The notes under the pieces were generated by a model. That model did not search any database. It worked only from the letters and a program-made list of their open reading frames with translations, and was not told where the DNA came from. A DNA stretch of 64,000 nucleotides, from contig CAWDML010000011.1 in NCBI GenBank assembly GCA_963803435.1, positions 1-64,000 of the forward strand, given 5' to 3'. Made by a program: the position numbers and the translations under genes. Source of the stretch: an uncultured delta proteobacterium (lineage in GTDB: Bacteria; Myxococcota; Kuafuiibacteriia; Kuafuiibacteriales; Kuafuiibacteriaceae). Shown piece by piece: positions 31,281 to 40,779 of this stretch. Positions within the stretch are counted from its first letter, which is position 1. Every line of letters begins with the position of its first letter.

Positions 31281-34200
31281 ATGGCGCGCAGTCTCGACGA
31301 GCTCGAGGTCGCCTTCTGTGACGAGGATACGCCCACCTGGACGGCGGCAGCCTGCGAGATCGGGCGGCGCGCGGTCCAAGAGCCGCGGCTGATCGCCTTC
31401 CTGAAGACTTGGTTGGAGAGCGTCCAGCAGAGCGAGACCAACATTCATCGGTTCCGGCACGCCTGCTGCGGGCTGGCCAGCTATCTGTCGCAGGCGGGCG
31501 CGGACCGGGCGCCCTTTGCGGAGACGATCGCGCTCGAGATCGTCGGTCCGCTCACGTTCCTGGCGTTTCGCGGGTTGCCGGAGGGCGCGGTGATCCGGGA
31601 CCTGGCGCAGCTCGGCCTGGACCAGGCCTTCGAGCGCTGGAAGCAGGCGCAGATCGAGAAGCGGAAGAAGGAGATCGCGAAGTTCGAGCGGGCCGGCAAG
31701 GCCCAGGCCCTCGCCGCCAACCAGCAGAAGCTGGAGATGCTCGAAGCGCTGTCGCCGGAGTCCGTGCTGCCGCCCGACTTCTCGCCCGAGACCAAGGTTC
31801 ACGATCACTCGCCCTGGGCGCTGACCTCGTACTTCGCCGGCGCAGCCTCGATCGCAGCGCTGATGGGGCTGCCGCTGGTGCCGCTGGTCCGCGGGCTCTG
31901 CCAGATCGCGCTCGAGCGGAGGAACGGCGGGCTGCCCTTCGTGCTCAACGTCCCCGACATGTTGAGGGCGATCCGGGAGGAGACGCCGGCGGACGACTGG
32001 GAGGCGGCGCGGGCGTTGCTGGTGGAGAACGTCTCCCCGACCTGGATCAACGAGCGGCTCCACTACAACGACTATCTGCTGGCGCTGGCGAGCTGCTGCG
32101 GCGAGGGCGCCTTCGCGGAGCTCTGGGGCCGAGGGGTCACCAAGCCCGAGTGGCTCCAGGCGGATCTGGCCGTGCTCGCCGCCGTGGGCGACGCGGAGGC
32201 GCCCCGGGCCGCGGCGAGGATCATGCGTCGGATCGCGCGGGAGCTGTTCTCCGACGATTGGCGCTGGCACGAGCTCGACGAGGGGGCGCGCTTCTCGCTG
32301 AACGTCTTCACGCTGCTCATGATCCACGGGACGGATCCGCTCCGCGGCGCCGGTGCGGGGAAGCGCTCGTCCTCGCTCTCGGTGCGGCACCGGCTGGCGA
32401 TCCTGATGAAGGCGATCGAGGCCAGCTACCACGCGCGCGAGCAGGTGCTGCCTGCGCTGGTGCGCTGTCTCAAGCTCCTCCTCGATCGGGAGCTGCGCGC
32501 TCGCAACAAGAACGAGGATCTGCTGGAGCTGTGCGCGCGCCAGGTGTCGATGGTGCGGCCGCTGGTCGCCGAGTGGCAGCTGCCCGGGACCATGCGGAAG
32601 GATCTGGCGACGATCGTCTGCCGGATCCTGCTGGCGGCCTACCAGAACGATCGGAACGTGTTCGTGAACCTGCTCTACACGGTGCTCTTCGAGCTGCCGG
32701 ACGAGGTCCTGTTCCGCGAGCTCATCGAGTACTCGACGGAGGAGGAGGTCTCGAGCCTGGTCGGCGACATCGTCGAGTTGATCGAGCGCTGGCGCCGGCC
32801 GCCCGAGAAGGTGGGAGTGATCTGGGATCCGAGCGCGATGGATCGGGCGTATCAACCGGACCTGCGCGCGTTCGGGATCTACGAGCGGTTCGCAGCGAAG
32901 CTGTCGGCGATCTCGGGCGAGCGGAAGGAGCTGGTCTGGGTCCGGCACCTGCCGCGGCTGGTGGCGTTCCTGGCGCGGGTGCCGCTCGGCTATCCGCTCG
33001 GCGAGAAGGTGGTGACCGAGCCCAGGACCGAGCGCGATCAGCTCACGCTCGACGCCACCCTCTTCTGGATGCTGCGCGGGAAGCATCAGGACGTGGAGAG
33101 CTGGGAGCTCGACAGCCCCCGCGGGAAGGTCGACCGCAAGGGTGCTCAGTGGGCAGCGCAGGAGCTCAAGCGGCGCGGCGATCAGAAGGCCCGCGAGGTC
33201 TACGATCGGTTCCAGCGCACGCTCGATGACGTGCAGCTCCTCGAGACCGACTGTCTCCCCGAGGCGGGGCGGCCCCGGCCGTCCGACGATCTGGTGCGCC
33301 AGTGGCGGCGGTTGATCGCGGGGCTCGATTCGTTGAGCCGCCTCTGCGACGAGGAGCTGCCGTACCTGGAGCGGGAGCTGTGCGTGCACCTTCTCAAGGA
33401 GCGGATCGAGAACCTGGAGGTGCGCCTGCACACGCTGGTCCGGGTCCTGGAGAAGGAGGAGGAGGAGGTTGCCGTCGAGATGCTGAACGGACGGGTCCAG
33501 CGGACGGTCGACGATCCAGGCGAGCGGCTCGACTTCTCACAGGAGGATACGAACCTCATCCAGGACTGGATGCTTGACCGTTACATGATCCGCGAGCTGG
33601 CGAAGACGCTCCGGCTCTCGGCGCTGGGGATGCTGACGAGCGCCCCGTTCGTCGCGATCTGGTTGATGTCGCCGTTCCTCCTCGCGATCGTGCTCAACCG
33701 CCTCGGGCTGTCGCGCTGGAGCGGGGTGCCGTTCACTGCGATCACGCTCCTCGACCTGGTGCTGGTGGGCCTGTTTTTCTGGGAGGCGCAGCGGAGCAAG
33801 ACCGCCTCTGCCGCGACCGGTAAGTTCCTGCTGCCGCAGATCACGGCCGCGCTGTTTCTCGGGATCTCCGAGCTCATCACCAACGACGAATCGTGGGCCA
33901 TCGCGAACCTCGAGTATCCGTGGGTCCGCATCTTCACGGTGGTGGCGTTCCTCCTGGCGGGCTTCTTCTTCACACGCGAGGTGCTGCTCGGGGATCAGCT
34001 GACCAGCAAGGCGGACGTCCACAAGAAGAACGAGCGCGCAGGCTCGGTGATGGCGCTGGTCCTGTGGCAGTCATCGGTGCTCGTCGGGATCTTCGGGATC
34101 CTCTTCGGTCGAGTGATGGGCGAGCGAATGGACATGGATCTGTTCCGCGACGCGGTGATGCAGTTCGGCGCCTGGTTGCCGCTCCAGGTGCACGTGGGCC

Positions 34201-34334
34201 GATGGTTCCTCGATCCGGCCACCGATCTCCCGATGGGCGGCTATCAGATCTACCCGTGGGCGCTCATGACCTGGACGGTGCAGGTGTTCTTCTTCTCGGC
34301 GATCTTCGAGCGGATCATGCGCCGCTCCGACTGA
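31281..34334 (+). CDS. Large hypothetical protein: ~770-aa helical cytoplasmic region plus ~6 C-terminal TM helices
   Basis: Uninterrupted ORF with strong GC3 bias, Leu/Glu/Arg-rich helices, hydrophobic C-terminal quarter; no recognisable motif. Confidence 0.75.
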   Translation: MARSLDELEVAFCDEDTPTWTAAACEIGRRAVQEPRLIAFLKTWLESVQQSETNIHRFRHACCGLASYLSQAGADRAPFAETIALEIVGPLTFLAFRGLPEGAVIRDLAQLGLDQAFERWKQAQIEKRKKEIAKFERAGKAQALAANQQKLEMLEALSPESVLPPDFSPETKVHDHSPWALTSYFAGAASIAALMGLPLVPLVRGLCQIALERRNGGLPFVLNVPDMLRAIREETPADDWEAARALLVENVSPTWINERLHYNDYLLALASCCGEGAFAELWGRGVTKPEWLQADLAVLAAVGDAEAPRAAARIMRRIARELFSDDWRWHELDEGARFSLNVFTLLMIHGTDPLRGAGAGKRSSSLSVRHRLAILMKAIEASYHAREQVLPALVRCLKLLLDRELRARNKNEDLLELCARQVSMVRPLVAEWQLPGTMRKDLATIVCRILLAAYQNDRNVFVNLLYTVLFELPDEVLFRELIEYSTEEEVSSLVGDIVELIERWRRPPEKVGVIWDPSAMDRAYQPDLRAFGIYERFAAKLSAISGERKELVWVRHLPRLVAFLARVPLGYPLGEKVVTEPRTERDQLTLDATLFWMLRGKHQDVESWELDSPRGKVDRKGAQWAAQELKRRGDQKAREVYDRFQRTLDDVQLLETDCLPEAGRPRPSDDLVRQWRRLIAGLDSLSRLCDEELPYLERELCVHLLKERIENLEVRLHTLVRVLEKEEEEVAVEMLNGRVQRTVDDPGERLDFSQEDTNLIQDWMLDRYMIRELAKTLRLSALGMLTSAPFVAIWLMSPFLLAIVLNRLGLSRWSGVPFTAITLLDLVLVGLFFWEAQRSKTASAATGKFLLPQITAALFLGISELITNDESWAIANLEYPWVRIFTVVAFLLAGFFFTREVLLGDQLTSKADVHKKNERAGSVMALVLWQSSVLVGIFGILFGRVMGERMDMDLFRDAVMQFGAWLPLQVHVGRWFLDPATDLPMGGYQIYPWALMTWTVQVFFFSAIFERIMRRSD

Positions 34335-34378
34335 CGGTTGCGCACTCGGGGGTGATCGGGGAAGCTCGCCGCGATCCG

Positions 34379-34645
34379 ATGGCCACGAATCTCTACATCG
34401 GCAACCTCGCCTACGATACCAATGAGGAGGCGTTGGCCGAGCTGTTCGAGTCCGAGGGCTACTCGGTCGTTCGCGTCAACGTCGCGAAGGATCGGGAGAC
34501 CGGCCGCTCCCGCGGGTACGGGTTCGTGGAGCTCGAAGGGGTCGACGCCCGCCGGGTGATCGACGCGCTCGACGGACGGATGCTCATGGGACGGGCGCTC
34601 AAGGTCGACGCGGCGCGCGATCGCGCCCGTTCTCGGGGTGATTGA
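34379..34645 (+). CDS. RRM RNA-binding protein
   Basis: NLYIGNLAY (RNP2), DRETGRSRGYGFVE (RNP1), GRALKVDAA. Confidence 0.93.
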   Translation: MATNLYIGNLAYDTNEEALAELFESEGYSVVRVNVAKDRETGRSRGYGFVELEGVDARRVIDALDGRMLMGRALKVDAARDRARSRGD

Positions 34646-34772
34646 GCGAGTGACGGCCCCCACTGGCCGTGGCTCTCGAGCGACGGCGCGTCGCTGAAAC
34701 ACGACAGATCTCCTGAGGATCCCGGCGATTCGACCCATCGCGGGCGAGGGCATGCACCTTGCTGCCCGGGCC

Positions 34773-34799
34773 TGTCACGCAACGCCGCGCCCGTCCGTC
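34773..34799 (+). promoter_or_regulatory. Candidate ECF-sigma promoter TGTCACG-N16-CGTC; sigma54-like GGGCATGCACCTTGCT just upstream (34748-34763)
   Basis: Motif read directly, ~40 bp before the first gene of the ECF operon. Confidence 0.5.
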
Positions 34800-34838
34800 A
34801 TAAAGGCGGCCCAGGCCGGCAACCAAGGGAGACAGGCG

Positions 34839-35822
34839 ATGATGTCGAGCGCTCTACTGGCTGCAGCTCTGGCTGCAGCGACGGCTCAAACGAAGCCCGA
34901 GGCGGTCGTCCTGACCTCGAGCCCGTTCATCACGCGCCCGGCGCTGACCTCGACCCGGACGGTCGCCATCTACCAGTCGAACGCTGCCGTGAGGGCGCAC
35001 CTCACGCAGCGGATCCGGGAGACCTGGGGTATCGAGGTCGACGCGACACCGCCCATCACGCCCACCGACGGCACCTTCTACATCCACCTCGACTGGCCGA
35101 GCCCGCAGGAGGTGGTGGTCGGCGTCGCGCTCCCCGAGCAGACGCTCGCGGAGCGATCGATCGAGGTGGAGGACCTCGACGCCACCGCCGCCACCGTCTG
35201 GTTGCTGGTGCAGTCGACGGTCGAGCGGGCGCTGCTCTCGCCCGCCGCGATCGCGAACGAGCAGCCGCCCCCGGCTGCGCCCGAGGCGCCGCTCGCCGTC
35301 GTGGAAGGGGCCGCCCCGATCGCGGGCCGCGGACCCAAGCGCTACGCCCTCAGCGTGATGGCGCTGACGAACTTCGATACTGGCGCCGGAGTCCAGGCGA
35401 CGCCCTCGTTCCAGGGCCAGCTGTTCCTCCACCGGTGGTTGATTGTCGGCGCCGAGCTGAGCTTCCGCCACGAGTCGCGCACCGAGACCACGAACATCTA
35501 TCATGTCCCGCTGACGGGGTTCGTCTCCGCTCATCCGTGGGAGGAGCTTCCGCTCGAGCTCGGATTGTTCACGACGCTCGACGCGAAGGTGGTGTCACTC
35601 CCGAACAGCGGTGGCGGCATGAGCGCCGGCTTCTACGTGGGCCCGTTCGTTCGCGGTCGCTGGTCCTTCTATTCCTTCGGCAGCTCGTCGTTCTCGATCG
35701 TCGGTGACGCCGGGTTGGCATTCGCGCTCAAGCGCGACCGGTACTACGTGGGCAACGAGACGATGACCGACGGTGTGGTCGCGTTTCGGCTGGCCGGCGG
35801 ATTGGAGTGGTCTTGGCACTGA
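34839..35822 (+). CDS. Putative outer-membrane protein of the ECF/anti-sigma operon
   Basis: Signal peptide, Pro linker, C-terminal beta-strands ending GGLEWSWH; TGATG overlap with the sigma gene. Confidence 0.65.
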   Translation: MMSSALLAAALAAATAQTKPEAVVLTSSPFITRPALTSTRTVAIYQSNAAVRAHLTQRIRETWGIEVDATPPITPTDGTFYIHLDWPSPQEVVVGVALPEQTLAERSIEVEDLDATAATVWLLVQSTVERALLSPAAIANEQPPPAAPEAPLAVVEGAAPIAGRGPKRYALSVMALTNFDTGAGVQATPSFQGQLFLHRWLIVGAELSFRHESRTETTNIYHVPLTGFVSAHPWEELPLELGLFTTLDAKVVSLPNSGGGMSAGFYVGPFVRGRWSFYSFGSSSFSIVGDAGLAFALKRDRYYVGNETMTDGVVAFRLAGGLEWSWH

Positions 35823-36383
35823 TGGAGCTGTTTCGCCGGCCGACGCCGGAGCAGGTCGTCCGCGATCACAGCGCGGACGTGCTGCGACTGCTGCGGCGGA
35901 TCTTCGGGCCCCACGCGGATGTCGACGACGTCTTCCAGGCTGTCTTCGTGGAGGTGATCCGGTCGCTTCCCGCCTTCAAGGGCGAGGCCAAGCTGAAGAC
36001 CTGGATCCATCGCATCACGCTGAACGTCGCGTATCAGGAGATGCGGGTCCAGTACCGCGAGCGCGAGGTGCGCTCGACCGACGATCTCGACACCCTCCCG
36101 CTCGACGAAGAGGCGAGCGAGAACGTCTTCGAGCGCGCAGAGCAGCGACGGATCCTCTACGAGGGGCTCCGCGAGCTGTCGCCCAAGAAGCGCTTCGCCG
36201 TGATCCTGCACGACGTCGAGGGCTGCACGCTCAAGGAGATTCTCGGAGACCACGGGGCGCCCGCTGCAGACCGTCGCCTCCCAGGTCCGGGCGGGACGCG
36301 CCGAGCTCGCCGACTGGTTCGCCCGGCGCAGCACGCAAGAAGAGAGGCAGGCCCACGCGAAGACGGTGGGGGTGAAGCGATGA
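35822..36383 (+). CDS. ECF RNA polymerase sigma factor (frameshift near 36242)
   Basis: DVDDVFQAVF, FKGEAKLKTWIHRI, LHDVEGCTLKEI; shifted frame continues ETTGAPLQTVASQVRAGR. Confidence 0.9.
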
Positions 36384-37780
36384 AGACCTCGTGCTTCAAG
36401 ATCCGCGAGCACCTGCTCGACTATCACTTCGGCGAGCTCGACGGGCTCGAGGAGGAGCGCGTGCGGCTCCACCTCCAGAACTGCGACGAATGCCGGACGG
36501 TGGTGGAGCGCCTGGGACGGGCGTTCACCGCGGCCGTGGACTGGGAGCCCGAGCCCAAGCCGGGCGAGCTCGATCGCCTGGTGGAGCGGCTGACGCCGTA
36601 CCTCCAGCCAGAGGAGGAGGAGCGCGCCGAGAGCAGCGGCTGGTTGTTCGGCGTCGGCCTGGCGCTGGCGGCGGGGCTCGCGCTGTTCATGGTCTATTCG
36701 GCCTGGAAGGTGGATCGGCCGTCCTTCGAGGCGACGCCAGTCGCTGACCAGGGCCCCGAGAAGACGCTGCCGCTGGTCGAGGAGGTCGTGCGGTCGCAGC
36801 CGACCGAGCACCTCCGGATGGTCGCCAGCAAGGACTGGAACGGTGAGGTACGGCGGTCGAACGCCAAGGTCACGCGTGTGTCGATGGATCGCGGCTTCGC
36901 CGTGATGGCGTTCGACGGTGGCGAGGGCCGTCGGTTGATCGTGGAGACGCCGGAGGCCGAGGTGGAGGTGGTCGGGACGCGCTTCTACGTCGATGCGCGG
37001 CCCGGGCTCGCCACCACGATCGGTGTGGTCGCCGGCAAGGTGGTCGTGAAGACCAACCACGGCCGGGAGATGCTGGCCTCGGGGACGGAGCGCGCGTACG
37101 GCAAAGACGGGCGCAAGGCGACGATCCAGCTGGCGCGGTCGAATCCGTTCCACTCGGACAGCTATCTGCTCGAACAGGCCAAGCCAGCCGCAGCGCCGGC
37201 GCCTGCACCGATGATCGCGAAGAAGAGGGTCGATCGACGGCGCTCGAGCAAGCTCCTACCCCGCAAGGATCCGCCGAAGCACTACGAGCAGGCGGGTCGG
37301 TTCCTCGCGCCCTACCCGCCGGACGAGCCGCCGCCGGCCGCGGCGCCGGAGAAGGCGGCGCCCGATGCGGTCGAGGATCCCGACGCGCTCGATCCCACCA
37401 GCGTGCTGAACGAGGCCGATCGCCTGGTGCGCAAGGGCAAGTACGGCGAGGCCGTGACGCTGCTGGAAGGCGCGATCGACAGCGAGGAGCCGCAGGTCGA
37501 GCCGTTCCGCTCGATGCTCCGCTACGAGCGGGCGCGGATCCTGGTCAAGCAAGGCAAGCGCGAGTTCGCACGCGCCGAGTTCGGGCGCCTCACCCAGGCC
37601 AAGGAGGTGGAGGTGGCGAACCAGGCCAAGCTCTCGATGTGCGAGCTCGAGCTCGCCGACGATCCGTGCACCGCGGCGGCCTGCCTCCGCTCGATCGACT
37701 CGAACGAATCGAAGCAACTCCTGTCGCGATGGAAGCTCGATGAGCTTGATTGCGATCATCATAAAAACTCTGCGCCGTAG
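36380..37780 (+). CDS. Anti-sigma factor: zf-HC2, TM, FecR domain, TPR-like C-terminus
   Basis: HLQNCDEC, TM GVGLALAAGLALF, VETPEAEVEVVGTRFYV..VVAGKV. Confidence 0.88.
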   Translation: MKTSCFKIREHLLDYHFGELDGLEEERVRLHLQNCDECRTVVERLGRAFTAAVDWEPEPKPGELDRLVERLTPYLQPEEEERAESSGWLFGVGLALAAGLALFMVYSAWKVDRPSFEATPVADQGPEKTLPLVEEVVRSQPTEHLRMVASKDWNGEVRRSNAKVTRVSMDRGFAVMAFDGGEGRRLIVETPEAEVEVVGTRFYVDARPGLATTIGVVAGKVVVKTNHGREMLASGTERAYGKDGRKATIQLARSNPFHSDSYLLEQAKPAAAPAPAPMIAKKRVDRRRSSKLLPRKDPPKHYEQAGRFLAPYPPDEPPPAAAPEKAAPDAVEDPDALDPTSVLNEADRLVRKGKYGEAVTLLEGAIDSEEPQVEPFRSMLRYERARILVKQGKREFARAEFGRLTQAKEVEVANQAKLSMCELELADDPCTAAACLRSIDSNESKQLLSRWKLDELDCDHHKNSAP

Positions 37781-37788
37781 CAACTCAG

Positions 37789-38427
37789 GTGAATAAGATG
37801 CACTCGAAAACTCTGGCTCGCCCGCTCATCTCCTCTCTCCTGCTCGCGCTCCCCCTGACGGTTGGTTGTGTCGCAGAGTGGCACTCCGGCGAGGATCCCT
37901 TCTCGGACGACACCTCGGCGGCCTGCGACGGCCACGACGGCACCGATGCCGGAACCAACGACAACAACAACAACAACAACGGCAACGACGACTGTCCCTC
38001 TGCGGAGGGGACGATCTACGTCGACACCAACACGGCCGTCTGCGACCAGATCGGCTTCACTTGTCCGGCCAACTACACCGCGTTCAACGAGGTGGGCTGT
38101 GGGTGTGGCTGTGAGCCCATGGAGGCCGAGCCGCCGGTGTGCCCCGAGGACGATGGCGACGGCATCACGCGTCTGAGTCGCGATCTGAAGGTCTGCAACT
38201 CGATCACGTTCACCTGTCCCGAGAACAGCGATCCATTCAATGGAGCGTGCGGCTGCGGTTGCATCACGCAGACCTCGACCACTCCGTCCTGTCCGGATCC
38301 GGACGCGATGAACGTCCACTACCTCGGCGACTCCGGCTCGGCGGTCTGCGAGATGATCCCGTTCACCTGCCCGGCCGGCTGCGTCCAGTTCAACGACGAC
38401 TGCGGCTGCGGCTGCATCGAGCCGTAG
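37789..38427 (+). CDS. Cys-rich lipoprotein with three C..C..I.FTCP....FN..CGCGC repeats
   Basis: Lipobox LTVGC, (AAC)6 poly-Asn at 37963-37980, three ~42-aa repeats. Confidence 0.85.
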   Translation: MNKMHSKTLARPLISSLLLALPLTVGCVAEWHSGEDPFSDDTSAACDGHDGTDAGTNDNNNNNNGNDDCPSAEGTIYVDTNTAVCDQIGFTCPANYTAFNEVGCGCGCEPMEAEPPVCPEDDGDGITRLSRDLKVCNSITFTCPENSDPFNGACGCGCITQTSTTPSCPDPDAMNVHYLGDSGSAVCEMIPFTCPAGCVQFNDDCGCGCIEP

Positions 38428-38452
38428 CACGCCTGGAATTCGCGGGCACGGC

Positions 38453-38469
38453 GACAACCGCCCGTTGTC
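38453..38469. terminator. Small hairpin between convergent genes
   Basis: GACAAC-cgccc-GTTGTC; no U-tract. Confidence 0.3.
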
Positions 38470-38502
38470 ACGCTTCTCTTGGAGCAAGTCTCCTAGCTTC
38501 GC

Positions 38503-39599
38503 TCACTTCGACCGCACCTGGATCAGCCCCGCCTGCACGTCGCCGTCGACGCCGGCGCCCTCGAAGGCCGCACCGACCGCGCCGTCGCCTTGGAGCTCGC
38601 GCGCGAAGAACGCCATCAGATAGCGAGCGGTGTAGTCGCGCACGACCGCGGGATCGGCGGTTCCATTGCCGCTGCACGCGAGCGCGCACCCGACGCAAGG
38701 CGAGGCAAAGTCCGTGTGGCCGGCGTTGACGGCCAGGAGCATCACGGAGGGGGAGGAGGCGAGGTTGTAGAGGACCTCGCCGTTCGCGTCCGCAGGCGAG
38801 CAGCTCCCCGGAATCGAGGCGACGAGAAAGACCGTGGGGATCCCGACGTTCGCCACGGTCGTCTGGGAGTAGACCCCGTCGTCGATGAACGTGACGTCGA
38901 TGGTGTCGACGCCGAAGTAAGCCACCGCGCGTCCCATGAGTCCGGTCTCCGCTGCCAGGAGCGTCGCCTTGCCCCCACGCGAGTGTCCGGCGAGACCGAA
39001 GCGCGTCTCGTCGATGCGGCCGAAGAACGGGCTGCTCGGATCTTCGTTCTGCGCCGGGAGCCATTCCGTCGCCACGTACACCAGCTCGTCGACCACCACC
39101 TGCGTTCCGGTCAACGGGCCCGGATCGTTCCGCGAGAGCACGACGATCCCGAACGAGGCGAGCCGCTGGAAGAACATCGTATAGGACGACGCCGGCTGCT
39201 GTGTTCCCGGGCCGAAGAAGACGACGGGGCGCGGACCGGAGGTGTCGGGGAGATAGACGTGCTCGGTGAAGGTGCGCCCGCCGAAGGAGAGATTCGAAGC
39301 TGCTCGTCGAGAAGGTCTCGACGCCGTCACCGGCGTACGTGCCGGGAGAGGTGGCGCCGGCGTCGGGCTCGGCAATCGCTCCGTCCGATGGGGTGGAATC
39401 GCCGGGCGCCGCATCCTTCCTCTTCTATCCCCGCGTCGGGGTGACCGGTCTCGACGGCATCCGCCGCCTGGGCGTCGTCGTGAGCGGGCTCGGCTGCGTC
39501 CGCGGCCGCGGGGGTCGTGACGGGTGGTGGTGAACCGGGTTCGCGCGCGCACGCGGAGGCGAGCATCGCTGCGCTCACCACGAGGTGGAGTGATCGCAT
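38503..39599 (-). CDS. Chlorophyllase/cutinase-like alpha/beta hydrolase lipoprotein (N-terminal frameshift)
   Basis: Lipobox LASAC, RPVVFFGPG, LASFGIVV, nucleophile GHSRGG, AGHTDF, CVGCALAC. Confidence 0.8.
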
Positions 39600-39694
39600 C
39601 GGGGGGATGACATACGCCGGGGCTCCGCGGTCGATCCATGCGTCGGCCGGGCCTCACGTCCGTCTGAAGATCGACCGGCGTTTGAGCGCGAACG

Positions 39695-40095
39695 TCACTC
39701 TGGCCAGACCTCGCTGACGGCGCGCGCCGGGCCGCTGACGCCGGCAGGATCCGGACAGGGGAGGCTGACGATCACGCGGTACGTGATCCGGGTCGATGCC
39801 GAGATCGGGACCTCGGCGCCGCCGAGCTCGAGCTGGAAGCGGCCGCCCTGAAAGCCGAGGGGCTCGGTCTCGATCCGGAAGTGGCCCGTCGAGCTGGTGA
39901 CGGTGCGGCCGAGGAGCTGCGGATCCTCGCGGTCCTGAAGGTCGACCTGCAGGTTGGCGGCGGGGAGGGGGCCGGTGAGGCAGTGGTAGGTGGCGTCGCC
40001 GTAGACCTCGAGGCGCGGCGGCTCGAGCTCGGCGGAGGATCATGCCTGCAGGCGAGCGCAGTCAGGACGATCAGGACCGGGAGCGAACGGGTCAT
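39695..40095 (-). CDS. Hypothetical lipoprotein (one frameshift)
   Basis: MTRSLPVLIVLTALAC; shifted frame reads LEVYGDATYHCLTG..GRTVTSSTGHFRIE..VSEVWPE*. Confidence 0.55.
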
Positions 40096-40764
40096 TGGAC
40101 CAGGGACTTGAGATCGAGCTGCGCCAGGGAGAAGTCGGGCTGCTCCTTCACGACCTCTTCGAGTCGCTTCTTGGCGGTGGCCTTGTCCTTCCTGTCGAGG
40201 GCGTCGAGAGCCTCGGAGTACTTCTTGGCGGTGCTGACCTTGAGCCGCTTGGGCGCCTTGGTCTTCGGCTCTCCCTTCGCGGGCGTGCCGCCGAGCTGAT
40301 TCGTCAACACCTTGTCGAGGTCGCCCGAGAATCCTCTGCTGGAGATCGAGGAACTCGTCGGGCAGGGAGGTGCCGCCCACCGACTTGATGACCTTGCCCG
40401 TCTCGACCTCCACGACGCGGGCATCGACACGGAGCGAGCCCATGAGATCGAAGTATCCGCCGAGGACCATGTAGCGGGCGCCCAGCAGCTTGCCGATGCG
40501 GTTGGCGCTGCCCTTATCGATCTGCTTGGTCTCGTTCAGCTTCAGCTCGTCGAGGATCTCCTGGAGGCGATCGCGCTCGACGATCTGGAAGCGGTCGCTG
40601 CCGGAGAGATCGGAGATCAGCATCTGCGCCAGTCCCTTGCGGAGGAGGCCCATCTGATCGTCCTTACCTTGGTAGTCGAAGTAGAGGATGGCGACGGTCG
40701 GCTTCGCGGCCTGGGCGGCGGCGGGCGCGAAGAGGAGCGGTAGGGCGAGCAGAGCGGCGCGCAT
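40092..40764 (-). CDS. CsgG/FlgO/TolB-N-like protein with TPR tail (frameshift near 40325)
   Basis: KPTVAILYFD, FQIVERDRLQEILDELKL, IGKLLGARYMVLG, RVDARVVEVETG. Confidence 0.85.
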
Positions 40765-40779
40765 GGGTGGGGCATCGTA

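Noticed and set aside
35807-37780. Apparent 657-aa ECF sigma-anti-sigma fusion
   Set aside because: An indel near 36242 diverts the frame; sigma region 4 continues in another frame to a TGA overlapping the anti-sigma ATG at 36380, so these are two genes
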